Source of the DNA: an uncultured Spirochaetota bacterium
GTDB lineage: Bacteria > Spirochaetota > Spirochaetia > SZUA-6 > CAVTHK01
DNA: 64,000 nucleotides
Assembly: GCA_963734495.1 (NCBI GenBank)
Contig: CAVTHK010000005.1
Location: 1-64,000, forward strand
Direction of reading: 5' to 3'
Part shown: positions 1 through 9,743 of the stretch, piece after piece
Layout of the letters: each line of letters starts with the position of its first letter
Position numbering within the stretch: position 1 is the first letter of the stretch
Program-made: the position numbers and the translations under genes
The notes under the pieces: model-generated
The model's input: the letters and a program-made list of their open reading frames with translations, nothing else
Databases searched by the model: none
Told to the model about the DNA's origin: nothing

Positions 1-927
1 GGGCCGCGATCGAGTCCAGTGCCGTAGAAACTCATAGGCAGCCGCAAAGTCCTGCTCGCTGTCCTTGTAGCTCTGAAGGAGCGCGACTTCCTTGTTGAGC
101 ATGGTGTTGAAATCGGCCTGGATCCGCTCCGTCGGCAGGCCGACAAGCACGATCTGGCCGCCCCTCGTCGCGAGCCCCGCGCAAAGACTCACCAGGGCGC
201 TGTCGTAAGGGCAGACGACGAGGATCGTATCGTAGCTGTCCGAGAGGCGCGCCTTGCCGGCCTCCGCCTCGTCCGGGCGCCTGACGCTGCCGACGCGCAC
301 CCCCTCCGGCAGCTTCAGCCCCCGAGTGTTCAGATCCACGATGTCGACCTCGCCGTCCCAACCTTCGAGATAGGCGAGGATCAGCGTCCCGACATTGCCG
401 ACGCCCACCAGAAGCAGCCGCTCTCCGAGGCGCCGGCCACGAACGGCATGGACCGCGATCGAAAGCGGCTCGGTGAGCGCGGCGTTCCGCTCGTCTGCGC
501 CGTCTTCGAGCCGAACAGCGTTGGCCAGGGGGACCCAGAGCCGCTGCTGCATGGCTCCGGGGGTTTCCTTGGCCCCGATCACGGTCAAGTCGCTGCAGAG
601 ATAGCTCAGCCCGCTGCGGCAGTAGCGGCAGCGGCCGCAGGGCACGTTGGGGTTGACGACGACCGTGTCTCCGGGCCGCAGGCCGCCGGAGGCGCCCGGC
701 CCGCCGCGAGCGCCGGCGTCCTCGACGCGCTCGACCTTGCCCGTGAACTCGTGCCCCGGGGTCACCGGGTACCGGAGATTGGGATACTTGCCGACGTACT
801 TCATGAAGTCGGACCCGCAGATCCCCGCATACCCCGTGGACAGGAGCACCTCGCGCCCCGCCCTGTCGCCCTCGACGGCTTCGACGACCGAAACCTGCAG
901 CGGCCTCTCGATGAGCACCTTCTTCAT
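1..927 (-). CDS. Zn-dependent (medium-chain) sugar/polyol dehydrogenase, runs off left edge
   Basis: Manual translation from ATG at 927: MKKVLIERP...GICGSD...PGHEFTG...PCGRCRYCRSGLSYLC...EPLSIAVHA...LVGVGNVG (catalytic Zn, structural Zn and Rossmann motifs). Confidence 0.88.
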   Translation of the reverse strand, partial: MKKVLIERPLQVSVVEAVEGDRAGREVLLSTGYAGICGSDFMKYVGKYPNLRYPVTPGHEFTGKVERVEDAGARGGPGASGGLRPGDTVVVNPNVPCGRCRYCRSGLSYLCSDLTVIGAKETPGAMQQRLWVPLANAVRLEDGADERNAALTEPLSIAVHAVRGRRLGERLLLVGVGNVGTLILAYLEGWDGEVDIVDLNTRGLKLPEGVRVGSVRRPDEAEAGKARLSDSYDTILVVCPYDSALVSLCAGLATRGGQIVLVGLPTERIQADFNTMLNKEVALLQSYKDSEQDFAAAYEFLRHWTRSRP

Positions 928-931
928 ACGC

Positions 932-1828
932 TCACTCTTTTCCCATGCCTATCTTCAGGTAGATCATGCTCACCACGAGAGAGACGACCAGCATAAAGGT
1001 CCCCACCGCGGCAGCGTAGCTCATGTGGAAGAAGTTGAAGGCCTCGAGGTACGACTGGATCACGAGCGTCTCGGTCGAGCGGACCGGGCCCCCCTTGGTG
1101 AGCACGTAGATGACCGTCACTCGTTTGAGGCCCCAGATCGTCAGTAGAAGGATCACGGTGAGGCTCACGGGCCGCAGGAGCGGAAGCGTAACCTTGCGGA
1201 ACTTGATCCAGCTCCCGGCCCCGTCGACCTCTGCAGCCTCGTACAGCTCGACCGGTATCGACTGCAGTCCGGCCAGAAACATCAGCGTCGCAACGGGGAA
1301 CTCCTTCCAGATCGCGATGATGATGACGCTCACGATCGCAACCGAAGGATCGCCGATCCAGTCGACGGGGCCGGCGATCACGTGCAGCACGTCTTTCAGG
1401 AAGAAGTTCAGAAACCCGTAGTGGTAGTCGAGAATCCAGCGCCAGACGAGAACGGCCACGACGTACGGCATGGCCCACGGGATGATGATGGCCGCCCGGG
1501 CCACCGCCCTCGCCCGGAAACGCAGGTTCATCAGCAGTGCGGTGGCCAGGCCGAGAAGAACGGACCCCGCGACGAAGCTTACCGTGTAGACAAGCGTGAT
1601 GCGCGCCGATCTCCAGAAGTCTTCGCGCGAGAACATCTGGATGTAGTTGCTCAGGAAGACGAAGTCCTGCTTTCTGCCCTGGATAGGGATGTCCACGTTG
1701 AGAAAGCTCAACCGGATGCCGTCCAGGATCGGATAGAAGATCGTCGCCCCCAGCCAGACGGTCGCGGGAAGGATCAGCAGGTACGGGAGGCTCCTCTTGT
1801 TGTTGAAGACGTTGTCGAGCTGACCCAT
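932..1828 (-). CDS. Carbohydrate ABC transporter permease
   Basis: EAA loop LYEAAEVDGA, multiple TM segments; start taken at MGQLDN. Confidence 0.92.
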   Translation of the reverse strand: MGQLDNVFNNKRSLPYLLILPATVWLGATIFYPILDGIRLSFLNVDIPIQGRKQDFVFLSNYIQMFSREDFWRSARITLVYTVSFVAGSVLLGLATALLMNLRFRARAVARAAIIIPWAMPYVVAVLVWRWILDYHYGFLNFFLKDVLHVIAGPVDWIGDPSVAIVSVIIIAIWKEFPVATLMFLAGLQSIPVELYEAAEVDGAGSWIKFRKVTLPLLRPVSLTVILLLTIWGLKRVTVIYVLTKGGPVRSTETLVIQSYLEAFNFFHMSYAAAVGTFMLVVSLVVSMIYLKIGMGKE

Positions 1829-1906
1829 GGCGCTCCCGGGAACAAACAGGGCACATCCGGCGTCCTTTGGCAAGCGCGGATGTGCCCTGTGTCGCGAACG
1901 CAAGAC

Positions 1907-3175
1907 CTACTTCACGAACTTCGTCGTCAGAGTCTGCTGAAGCTTGTCCAGCCTGGTCTTTACATCGGCTCCGCCCTGCAGGATCTCGGCCAGGGCCAGC
2001 CCGATCTCGTTGTTGTACTCGTCAGCGACGAGCCCGAAGCCGGGCGCCATGTAGCCGTAAGCCGCAGCGTACTTGGCCGCTCCTTCGTCGAACACCGCCC
2101 ACCACGGATCCTGTTTCAGCACTTCCGGCGTGATCATCCCGGCCTGCCCGGGGATCTGAGCCGTCATGGACACGTAGGCCTTCTGCCACTTCTCCGCGTT
2201 GTAGAGGTCGAGGATCTTCCACGCGGCGTCCGGCTTCCTGGCCTTGGCGCTCATGCCGAAGAACGCGCCGCCGACGATCGTGGCGTGGGTCTGCGTGGGG
2301 GGGAGCACCGCGGTAAAGTTGGAGTAGGCGGCGGCATTCCTTCCCTTGATGGCGCCGAACAGCCAGGCGCCTTCGATCATCATGGCCGCCTTTTCTTCCC
2401 ACACCATCTGGTCGAGAGCCGTCAGGTCCTTGCCCTTGGGCGCGAAGGCGGACTGGTAGAGCCTCTTGTAGAGCTCGACACCTGCCACCGTGCCCGGGGC
2501 GTTTGCTGCGGGCTTGCCATTGTTTGCCCAGTCGCTGCCGAACCCGGCAACCCATTTCCGGCTCTCGATGTTCATGTGAAGGATGTTCGTCGTGTCGGTC
2601 ACGGTGCCGTAGCCGAAGACGCCGGGTTTGCCCGCGGAGACCGCCTGTGCCGTCTTGAAAAGCTCGTCGACGGTGGTCGGGGCCTTCAGGCCGAGATCGT
2701 CGAGGATCTTCTTGTTGTAGCAGAGCGCCTGCGGCGTCGAGGTGAAGATAACGGCGTAGTACGAGCCGTCCTTGATGCCCGGCTGCTGCGCCGGAAGCAG
2801 CTTGGACTTCCAGGCGGCCTGGTTGATCCACGTGTCGAGCTTCGCAAGCGCACCGATGTCGATGAGCTTCGGCACCTGCGTGGGCCTGATCGCGAACACG
2901 TCAGGCGCATCGCCGGCCGAAACACGCGTCAGAAGCTTCTGGTTGTATTCACCCGATGCAACGCCGGTGACGGATACCTGGATGCTCGGGTTCTGGGCGT
3001 TGAAATCGTCCATGAGAGCCTTGAAATACGGTTGATTCTGCGGCTCGACCCACTGCCACGTGAACAGCTCGAGCTGGACCTTCTCGCCGGGCTTGGTCGC
3101 GGACTCCTTCTGCGGCGAGGCGAGCACCACGGCGCAGGCAAGCGCGAGCATAAGCAGAGCCAAGGGCTTCTTCAT
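1907..3175 (-). CDS. Sugar ABC transporter substrate-binding protein (family 1)
   Basis: Signal peptide MKKPLALL, GDAPDVF, ALCYNK, AMMIEGAW; SD AGGAGG upstream. Confidence 0.9.
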   Translation of the reverse strand: MKKPLALLMLALACAVVLASPQKESATKPGEKVQLELFTWQWVEPQNQPYFKALMDDFNAQNPSIQVSVTGVASGEYNQKLLTRVSAGDAPDVFAIRPTQVPKLIDIGALAKLDTWINQAAWKSKLLPAQQPGIKDGSYYAVIFTSTPQALCYNKKILDDLGLKAPTTVDELFKTAQAVSAGKPGVFGYGTVTDTTNILHMNIESRKWVAGFGSDWANNGKPAANAPGTVAGVELYKRLYQSAFAPKGKDLTALDQMVWEEKAAMMIEGAWLFGAIKGRNAAAYSNFTAVLPPTQTHATIVGGAFFGMSAKARKPDAAWKILDLYNAEKWQKAYVSMTAQIPGQAGMITPEVLKQDPWWAVFDEGAAKYAAAYGYMAPGFGLVADEYNNEIGLALAEILQGGADVKTRLDKLQQTLTTKFVK

Positions 3176-3223
3176 GGGGACCTCCTTGAAAGCGCTGGCA
3201 GCCACTATGTGGCTGGAGAATGG

Positions 3224-3252
3224 AGTCTACCAGACACAATTCTGCATGTCAA
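3224..3252 (-). promoter_or_regulatory. sigma70 promoter of ABC operon
   Basis: TTGACA-N17-TAGACT on minus strand within an AT-rich intergenic region. Confidence 0.7.
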
Positions 3253-3457
3253 GGCAAATAGTGGTATATTCCCATTGCACTCACATCATTGCCTGGATAT
3301 AATCGCTTTCGGGAAAACGAGTTATATTGGACATAGGATACGAACAGGTCAGGCTGACAGAATATGACGGATCTATGTCGAATGTGCTGCCAATAATCAC
3401 TACTTGTCACTAGCCTCCTTTTACTCTCTGGCCTCTTCGCTGTATCATGCACGGCTG

Positions 3458-5380
3458 ATGAAGGCTGAGAGACGCCGTGATCGCTTGCTGCGCCTTCTGC
3501 GCTCGAACCCCCCGGTGCGGGTAGCTGAGCTCGCCGAGACTCTGGCGGCCTCCCGGGAAACGGTGCGCCACGACCTCATCGTGCTCGAGGAACAAGGACT
3601 CATTCGCCGCGATCGAGGGAAGGCCACTCTCGCCGACAGCCAATCCGCGATCGAGGCGCTCCGTATACGGGGGGGCTTGCCGCGGGAGCAGCGCCATCTG
3701 GAGATCTTGCGGCTGCTGAAGGAACGGCGCGTTCTCAGGAGCACAGACCTTGCGAGGTTCCTCAACGTGTCCAGCGGGACCGTCCGGAACGACCTGCTCA
3801 TGCTCGAGCAGCAGGGCAGGATCCACAGGCGTCACGGCAGCGTGGTCGCGAGAGGCGACGACAGGATAGACGCCCTGCTCTCATCTCTCGTCGGAGGGCC
3901 CTTCGCTCCTTCGGTGCGTCACGTCGGAGACCGCGCGGTGAGCCTTATCGAAGGCGGCGACCTCGTCTTTCTCGACGACAGTCTCTTCGGCTGCTACATC
4001 GCGGCGAGCATCCCACTCGACAGGGACGCGAGCATCGCAACCATCAGCCCGAGGGCAGCGCTGATCCTTGCCACGCGCGAGTACAACGCGGATGTCTTTC
4101 TGCTTCCCGGGCTCGCGCAGAAGGATGGCATCGCGGTGGACGCCGAGTTCAGGGCGCTCGTGGCGAACCGCTTTCTCTTCACAAAGGCTTTTTTCGGCGT
4201 CGCCTCCCATGCCGCCGACCGAGGGTTCTTTACCGAAAACCGCAAGCAGGCCGAGACCTTTTCCTTTGTCATGAAGATCGCCCAGGCGGTGTACCTCGAG
4301 ATGGACTCCAGGAACGTCGGAAGCAACGGCAAGTACGGCTTGATCGCGGACGAGCCCGGCGATCTCGTCAAGGAGGTCTTGATCGACGACGGCCTGACCG
4401 TCGAGCGGGCGGCGCGTGAGTTCGGAGAGCGGGTCCCTGTGGTTCTATGCGGCGAGAACTACGCGCTCAAGAGCCCGTTCAACAAGCAGTACACCATCGG
4501 CTTCGCGGCGCTGCACGGGAAGACCGAGTTCTCCCGCCTCGTCCGCGAGGGGCTCGAAACCGCCGCGGCCGGGCACACCAGCGTAGAGGTGATCGTAGCG
4601 GACAATCGCATGGACCGCGAGGCGACCCTCGCCAACATCGAGACATTCATAGAGAAGAAGGTTGACCTGGTCATCGAGTACCAGCACGATTACAGCCTGT
4701 CGACATTGATCGGGGAAAAGCTCTCTCACGCCGACATACCCGTGATCGCCGTGGACGTCCCGATTCCCGGCGCCATCTACTTCGGCGCGAACAACTACCG
4801 TGCGGGAATCATGGGAGGCGAGGCGGCGGCCGAGGAAGCGGTTCGAAGGTGGGGCGGCGAGGTCGATCGCCTCATCGTCATGTCCGACGCCGCCACGGGT
4901 CCGCTGCCCGAGAGCAGGGTGACCGGGATGCTGGAAGCATTCTGCCGGCGCGTCCCGTTCCCCCAGGACAGGATCGTCCGCCTGGACAGCGAGAATGATC
5001 CGGAGGCCGTTGAGATGCTGCTCGGGGAGCTCCTCAAAATGCTGCCCGTGCGCGCCAGGACCATCATTTTCTCCATCAACAGCAACGTCACAATCGGCGT
5101 GCTCAATGCCCTCGCGAGGCTTGGCGATCGCGAGAATACCATCGTGGTAGGACAAAACGTCACCCCGGCCATCATCAAGGAGCTGGCGAGGCCGGATACG
5201 CACCTGCTGGGCGCGGTCGGCTACTTCCCCGAAAGATACGGCGAGAGAATCATCGCGCTCGCCTTGAGCATCCTGGGAAAGAAGCCCGTCAGCCCGGACA
5301 ACTACACCGAGCACCAGTGGATCGGGCGAACGCCGGACACGCAGCCCGCGCAGCCGCCCGACAACAGGAGCAGCCAATGA
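3458..5380 (+). CDS. DeoR-family regulator with two HTH domains, fused to a C-terminal RbsB/LacI-type sugar-binding domain
   Basis: SRETVRHDLIVLE and SSGTVRNDLLMLE HTHs, DeoR C-terminal domain (LVFLDD), then IGFAAL...VDLVIEYQ...YFGANNYRAG. Confidence 0.85.
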   Translation: MKAERRRDRLLRLLRSNPPVRVAELAETLAASRETVRHDLIVLEEQGLIRRDRGKATLADSQSAIEALRIRGGLPREQRHLEILRLLKERRVLRSTDLARFLNVSSGTVRNDLLMLEQQGRIHRRHGSVVARGDDRIDALLSSLVGGPFAPSVRHVGDRAVSLIEGGDLVFLDDSLFGCYIAASIPLDRDASIATISPRAALILATREYNADVFLLPGLAQKDGIAVDAEFRALVANRFLFTKAFFGVASHAADRGFFTENRKQAETFSFVMKIAQAVYLEMDSRNVGSNGKYGLIADEPGDLVKEVLIDDGLTVERAAREFGERVPVVLCGENYALKSPFNKQYTIGFAALHGKTEFSRLVREGLETAAAGHTSVEVIVADNRMDREATLANIETFIEKKVDLVIEYQHDYSLSTLIGEKLSHADIPVIAVDVPIPGAIYFGANNYRAGIMGGEAAAEEAVRRWGGEVDRLIVMSDAATGPLPESRVTGMLEAFCRRVPFPQDRIVRLDSENDPEAVEMLLGELLKMLPVRARTIIFSINSNVTIGVLNALARLGDRENTIVVGQNVTPAIIKELARPDTHLLGAVGYFPERYGERIIALALSILGKKPVSPDNYTEHQWIGRTPDTQPAQPPDNRSSQ

Positions 5381-6851
5381 CCATCGAGAGATTGAGACCA
5401 CTCAGGGCCGACATCGGCGTGTTCGGCGTCGGGCACGAGAAGTACTGGAGCCAGTTCGACGGTCTGCTGGACAAGCTCAAGGCCAAGCTCGACCGCTTCG
5501 TGACCAAGGTGCGGAGCGCCGGCGTCAATGTGACCGACTTCGGCATGGTGGACAACGCGCAGTCCGCCGCGCGGCTGCTCCCGCGCCTGAAGGCCGCCGA
5601 CCTCGACCTGGTCTTCGTGCGACATGGTCACCTACGCCACGTCGCTCGTCATTCGCCGCCATCGCGCGAGGTCTGGACGTGCCGATCGTGCTCGTCGCCC
5701 TGCAGCCGTTGGCCGCCATGGACTATGCCGAACGCGTCGACCTACATGCAGCTCTGCAACGACGACTTCTGCTCGGTGCCCGAGTTCACCGGCGTGGCCA
5801 TCCGCATGGGGAGGCGCGCGCCCGCACGTGATCCTCGGCACGCTCGACGACGATCCCGCGGCCGACGCCGAGATCCTGCCGATGGTGCGACATCGCCAAG
5901 GTCCTGCACGACCTCACGCGGCGCCCGCATCGGGCACATGGGCCACGTGCTCGAGGCGATGCTCGACATGCACACCGATCCGACCGCGCTCACCGCCGCC
6001 TTCGGCTGCCACGTCGTGCCAGACCGAGCCCGACGACCTGCTGCGTCACTACAAGGCCGTCGACGGACGAGCGCCGAGTCCGCGACAAGCAGAAGCGAGA
6101 TCCTCGACTTCTTCGACACGCCCGACCCCGGTCGCGACCCCATCACGCGCAAGCTCACCGACGAGGACCTCTGGCACCGCGCCGCGCGTCGCCGTGGCGC
6201 TCGAACAATTCGTGGCCGAGAAGGACCTCGACGGCCTGGCCTACTACTACGAGGCGGAAGCCGGGAGTCCGAGCTGCGCGCGGCTCGTGACCAACCTGAT
6301 CGTCGGCAACTCGCTGCTCACCGCCGCCGGCTTCCCCATGTGCGGCGAGTCCGACCTCAAGACCTGCATCGCCATGCTGATCATGGACCGCCTCGACATC
6401 GGCGGCAGCTTCGCCGAGTTCCACCCGATCGACTTCGCCAAGGATTCGTGCTGGTCGGCCACGACGGCCCGCACCACGTCAACATCGCCGACGGCAAGCC
6501 CGCTCCTGCGCAGCCTGCTCAAGTACCACGGCAAGCCGGGCATCCGGCGCCAGCGTCGAGTTCAAGATCAAGGAAGGCCCGATCACGCATGCTCAGCATC
6601 GGCGCGGAGCCGACGGGCAAATTCAAGTTCGTCATCGCCGAAGGGCGAATCGGTGCACGGCCCGATCCCGCCCACCGGCAACACGAACACCCGCGGGCTT
6701 CTTCAAGCCCGACGTGCGGACCTTCCTGAAGCGCTGGGTGGCCGAGGGCCCGACGCACCACTTCGCCCTCGGCATCGGCCACCACGGAGAGACCATCAAG
6801 AAGCTGGCCGACCTTTGGGGCTTCGAAGCGGCCGTCGTGTCCGGCGACTGA
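5377..6851 (+). CDS. L-arabinose/L-fucose isomerase-family protein, many frameshifts (probable sequence errors)
   Basis: Fragments in alternating frames: CSVPEF, MLDMHTD, GESDLKT, SFAEFHP, GHDGPHH, GPTHHFALGIGH. Confidence 0.8.
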
Positions 6852-6927
6852 ACCAGGCGCTGTCCTCGGCGTCTCTTACCCCCCGACGTCCCGAGCCCGC
6901 ACTGCACACGAGCAAAAGGAGGCCTGC

Positions 6928-7704
6928 ATGCAGATCGATGCCAACCTCGAGGACAAGTCTGCAATCGTGACGGGAGGGGGGAGCGGGCTCGGGAGGGGGA
7001 TGGCCATGGCGCTGGCCGGAGCCGGGGCCAGGATAGCCGTAGCAGACATCAACAGCGAAGCGGGCAACACGGTCGTGCGGGAGATCGTCGAGTCAGGCGG
7101 GCGGGCGCTGTACGTTCCCGTCGACGTGGCGCAGCGGCAACAGGCAAACCGCATGGTCGCGCAGACAGTGGAGGCCTTTGGGTCGCTGGACGTTGCGGTG
7201 AACTGCGCCGGTGTGGTGGGAACAAGGCTTCCTTCGGCCGAGCTCATCGAGGAGAAGGACGCCCGGCGGCTCTTCGACATCATGCTGTTCGGCGTCTTCT
7301 TCTGCTGCCAGGAAGAGGGACGGCAGATGATCGAGCAGAGGCGCGGGCGTATCATCAACATCAGCTCGATCTCGGGCTGCATCATCAACAAGGGGATGAC
7401 AGGGACTGCCCCGTACAACGCGATCAAGGCGGGCGTCATCCACATGAGCCGCGGGCTGGCCATGGATTGGGCCCGGCACGGCATCACCGTCAACACGATC
7501 AGTCCCGGGTACATGAGAACGCCGGCTACCGCCGAGGTGCTCGCAATCCCTGAGCGGCGGGAGACCTACATGAGCCAGATCCCCGTGGGCCGGTTCGGGG
7601 TACCGGAAGACCTCGCGGGCGCCGTGCTCTTCCTCGCCTCGGACCTTTCGAGCTACGTGACCGGCCAGAACATCGTCGTCGACGGCGGCGTCACCGTCTG
7701 GTGA
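6928..7704 (+). CDS. SDR family oxidoreductase
   Basis: TGGGSGLG, NCAG, YNAIK, VDGG. Confidence 0.93.
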   Translation: MQIDANLEDKSAIVTGGGSGLGRGMAMALAGAGARIAVADINSEAGNTVVREIVESGGRALYVPVDVAQRQQANRMVAQTVEAFGSLDVAVNCAGVVGTRLPSAELIEEKDARRLFDIMLFGVFFCCQEEGRQMIEQRRGRIINISSISGCIINKGMTGTAPYNAIKAGVIHMSRGLAMDWARHGITVNTISPGYMRTPATAEVLAIPERRETYMSQIPVGRFGVPEDLAGAVLFLASDLSSYVTGQNIVVDGGVTVW

Positions 7705-7868
7705 GGGACGCCAGGCGTGAAGCCCGCGAGCCGGTTGTCGTCGGCGTCGGCCGCACGTGCACCAGCGGGAACGGGTCGGCGTCCTTTGGCGGCTCGCGGC
7801 TTCGCGAACCGCTGCGACGGCTGGGGAGCTTGTCAGACACGCGGACGCCCGCGTGCCTTGCGGCCGGA

Positions 7869-7898
7869 TTGACCACGGTCCGACCGGGCCTCTACACT
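7869..7898 (+). promoter_or_regulatory. sigma70 promoter of kamA-like gene
   Basis: TTGACC-N18-TACACT, SD AGGAGGAGG downstream. Confidence 0.55.
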
Positions 7899-7958
7899 CT
7901 GTTCCGCGGACGGCGTGCACGGGCGCGCGTCGTCCGGCGCCAGGAGGAGGATGGATCG

Positions 7959-9106
7959 ATGGCTTACAGGGACGTCCTGAAGAACGCGATCAGGACATTC
8001 GAAGACCTGGAGAAATGGCTCACCGGGCAGAAGGCGAGGGTCGATCCCAGGCTCAAGGACGTGATCGCGAAGTATCCCATGCGGGTCAACACCTATTACC
8101 TCGGCCTCATCGAAAAGATGAACGACGGCATCTGGAAACAGGCGATCCCCGACGTCGAGGAGCTCGAGCATTACATGGACCTGTCCGAGGACCCGCTCGA
8201 CGAGGAGGGGGATATCCCGCTCGGCGGCCCCAAGACGATCATCCACAGGTATCCCGACAGAGTCCTCCTGTTCGTGTCCACGGAATGCGCGATGTACTGC
8301 AGGTTCTGCACCCGCAAGCGAAAGGTCGGCGACGATCGCAAGAACCCGTCGACCGAGGACATCAACAAGGGCATCGCCTACATCGGCTTCCCACGAGGAC
8401 ATCAGGGACGTGCTGATCTCCGGCGGCGACCCGCTGCTGATCCCGACGAGAAGGCTCGACGAGATCCTCGGGAAGCTCAGGGAGATCCCGCACCTCGAGC
8501 TGATCAGGATCGGGACGAGGGTCCCGTGCGTCTGGCCGCAGAAGATCATCGAAGACGGCGAGCTGATCGAGGTGCTGAAGAAGCATACGCCCCGGTCGCT
8601 GCGCGATCCGCAGCTCTACATCAACACGCACTTCAACCACCCCAACGAGATCACCGACGAGAGCTGGCAGGCCGTCAAGACCCTGCGGGATCTGGGCATC
8701 CCCATCCAGAACCAGAGCGTCCTGCTCAAGGGAGTCAACGACGACACGGACGTGATGAGGGATCTGGTGCACGGCCTCGGCAGGATGGGGGTCAGGCCGT
8801 ATTACCTCTACTACGCCGACCTCGTCGAGGGAACGGGCCACTTCCGCACGGAGATCTACAAGGGGAAGGAAATCTGCCGGGACCTCTGCGGAGCGACCAC
8901 GGGCTTCCTGCGTCCCGACGTACGTGGTCGATGCGCAGGGCGGGCGCGGCAAGGTTCCCGTGGATCTCGGTTACTCGGAGGAGATCAGCGACGACAAGAA
9001 GGGCGGCGTCATCACGTCAGCGATCGGTCTCGGCAGGGTCTACGTGAACGACCCCATCGAACGCATCGAGGGAAAGCCCGTCAGGCACAATCCGAACCGG
9101 AAGTGA
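7959..9106 (+). CDS. KamA-family radical SAM aminomutase (lysine 2,3-aminomutase-like), two +1 frameshifts near 8386 and 8908
   Basis: HRYPDRVL, CAMYCRFCTRKR, ISGGDPL, RIGTR, HFNHP, NQSVLLKGVND, YVVDAQGGRGKVP. Confidence 0.88.
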
Positions 9107-9121
9107 CGCCGGCCCGGCGGC

Positions 9122-9148
9122 CGGGGCGGCGGCCCGCCCGCCGCCCCG
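9122..9148. terminator. GC hairpin between convergent genes
   Basis: CGGGGCGGCGG / CCGCCGCCCCG 11-bp stem; no U-tract. Confidence 0.4.
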
Positions 9149-9155
9149 AAGCGCG

Positions 9156-9632
9156 TTACCCCTGGTAGGCCTTCTTCAAGGCCTTGATATCGAGCTTGGT
9201 CATCTTCAGCATGGCCTCCATGACCCTCGCCGACGCCGGGGACTTCGTTTCCCCCATCAGCTCGCCCATGATGGACGGGATGATCTGCCACGAGACGCCC
9301 CACTTGTCCTTGAGCCAGCCGCACTGCTGCGTCTCTCCGCCTTCGGAGAGTTTCCCCCACAGCCGGTCGATCTCCTCCTGAGTCTCGCAGCTCACGAACA
9401 GGGAGAAGCCCTGCTCGAACTTGAAATAGGAGCCCGCATCCATGGCCATGAACTGCTGGCCGTCGAGCTCGAACCTCGCGTGCATCAGCGCGCCCTTCGG
9501 CACCGGGCCGTCCCCTTCCCAGCGGACGAGGGTGTGAATCTTCGAGTTCTTGAACAAAGAGACGTAGAACTTGACCGCCTCCTCGCCCCGCTCGCTGAAC
9601 GTCAGGAATGTCGTGATCTTCTGCGCCTGCAT
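9156..9632 (-). CDS. VOC family protein (PhnB/3-demethylubiquinone methyltransferase-like)
   Basis: QKITTFLTF...CETQEEIDRLW...CGWLKDKWGVSWQI. Confidence 0.92.
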   Translation of the reverse strand: MQAQKITTFLTFSERGEEAVKFYVSLFKNSKIHTLVRWEGDGPVPKGALMHARFELDGQQFMAMDAGSYFKFEQGFSLFVSCETQEEIDRLWGKLSEGGETQQCGWLKDKWGVSWQIIPSIMGELMGETKSPASARVMEAMLKMTKLDIKALKKAYQG

Positions 9633-9743
9633 GATTGCCTCCTGCTCGGGCAAATATACAGAGCGCCCGCGCCCGGGGGAGGGTACGAGGTGCGACAATC
9701 CGGGGGTTGATTGCGACATCGCCCGGTCGTTAACTTTTCGGGG

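Noticed and set aside
5610..6720. Programmed frameshifting or true pseudogene in the isomerase
   Set aside because: Too many scattered single-base insertions, no slippery motif noticed, catalytic motifs intact; artefact more likely
7905..7945. Guanidine-II riboswitch (ACGG loop) before kamA
   Set aside because: Only one ACGR-capped hairpin; the motif needs two
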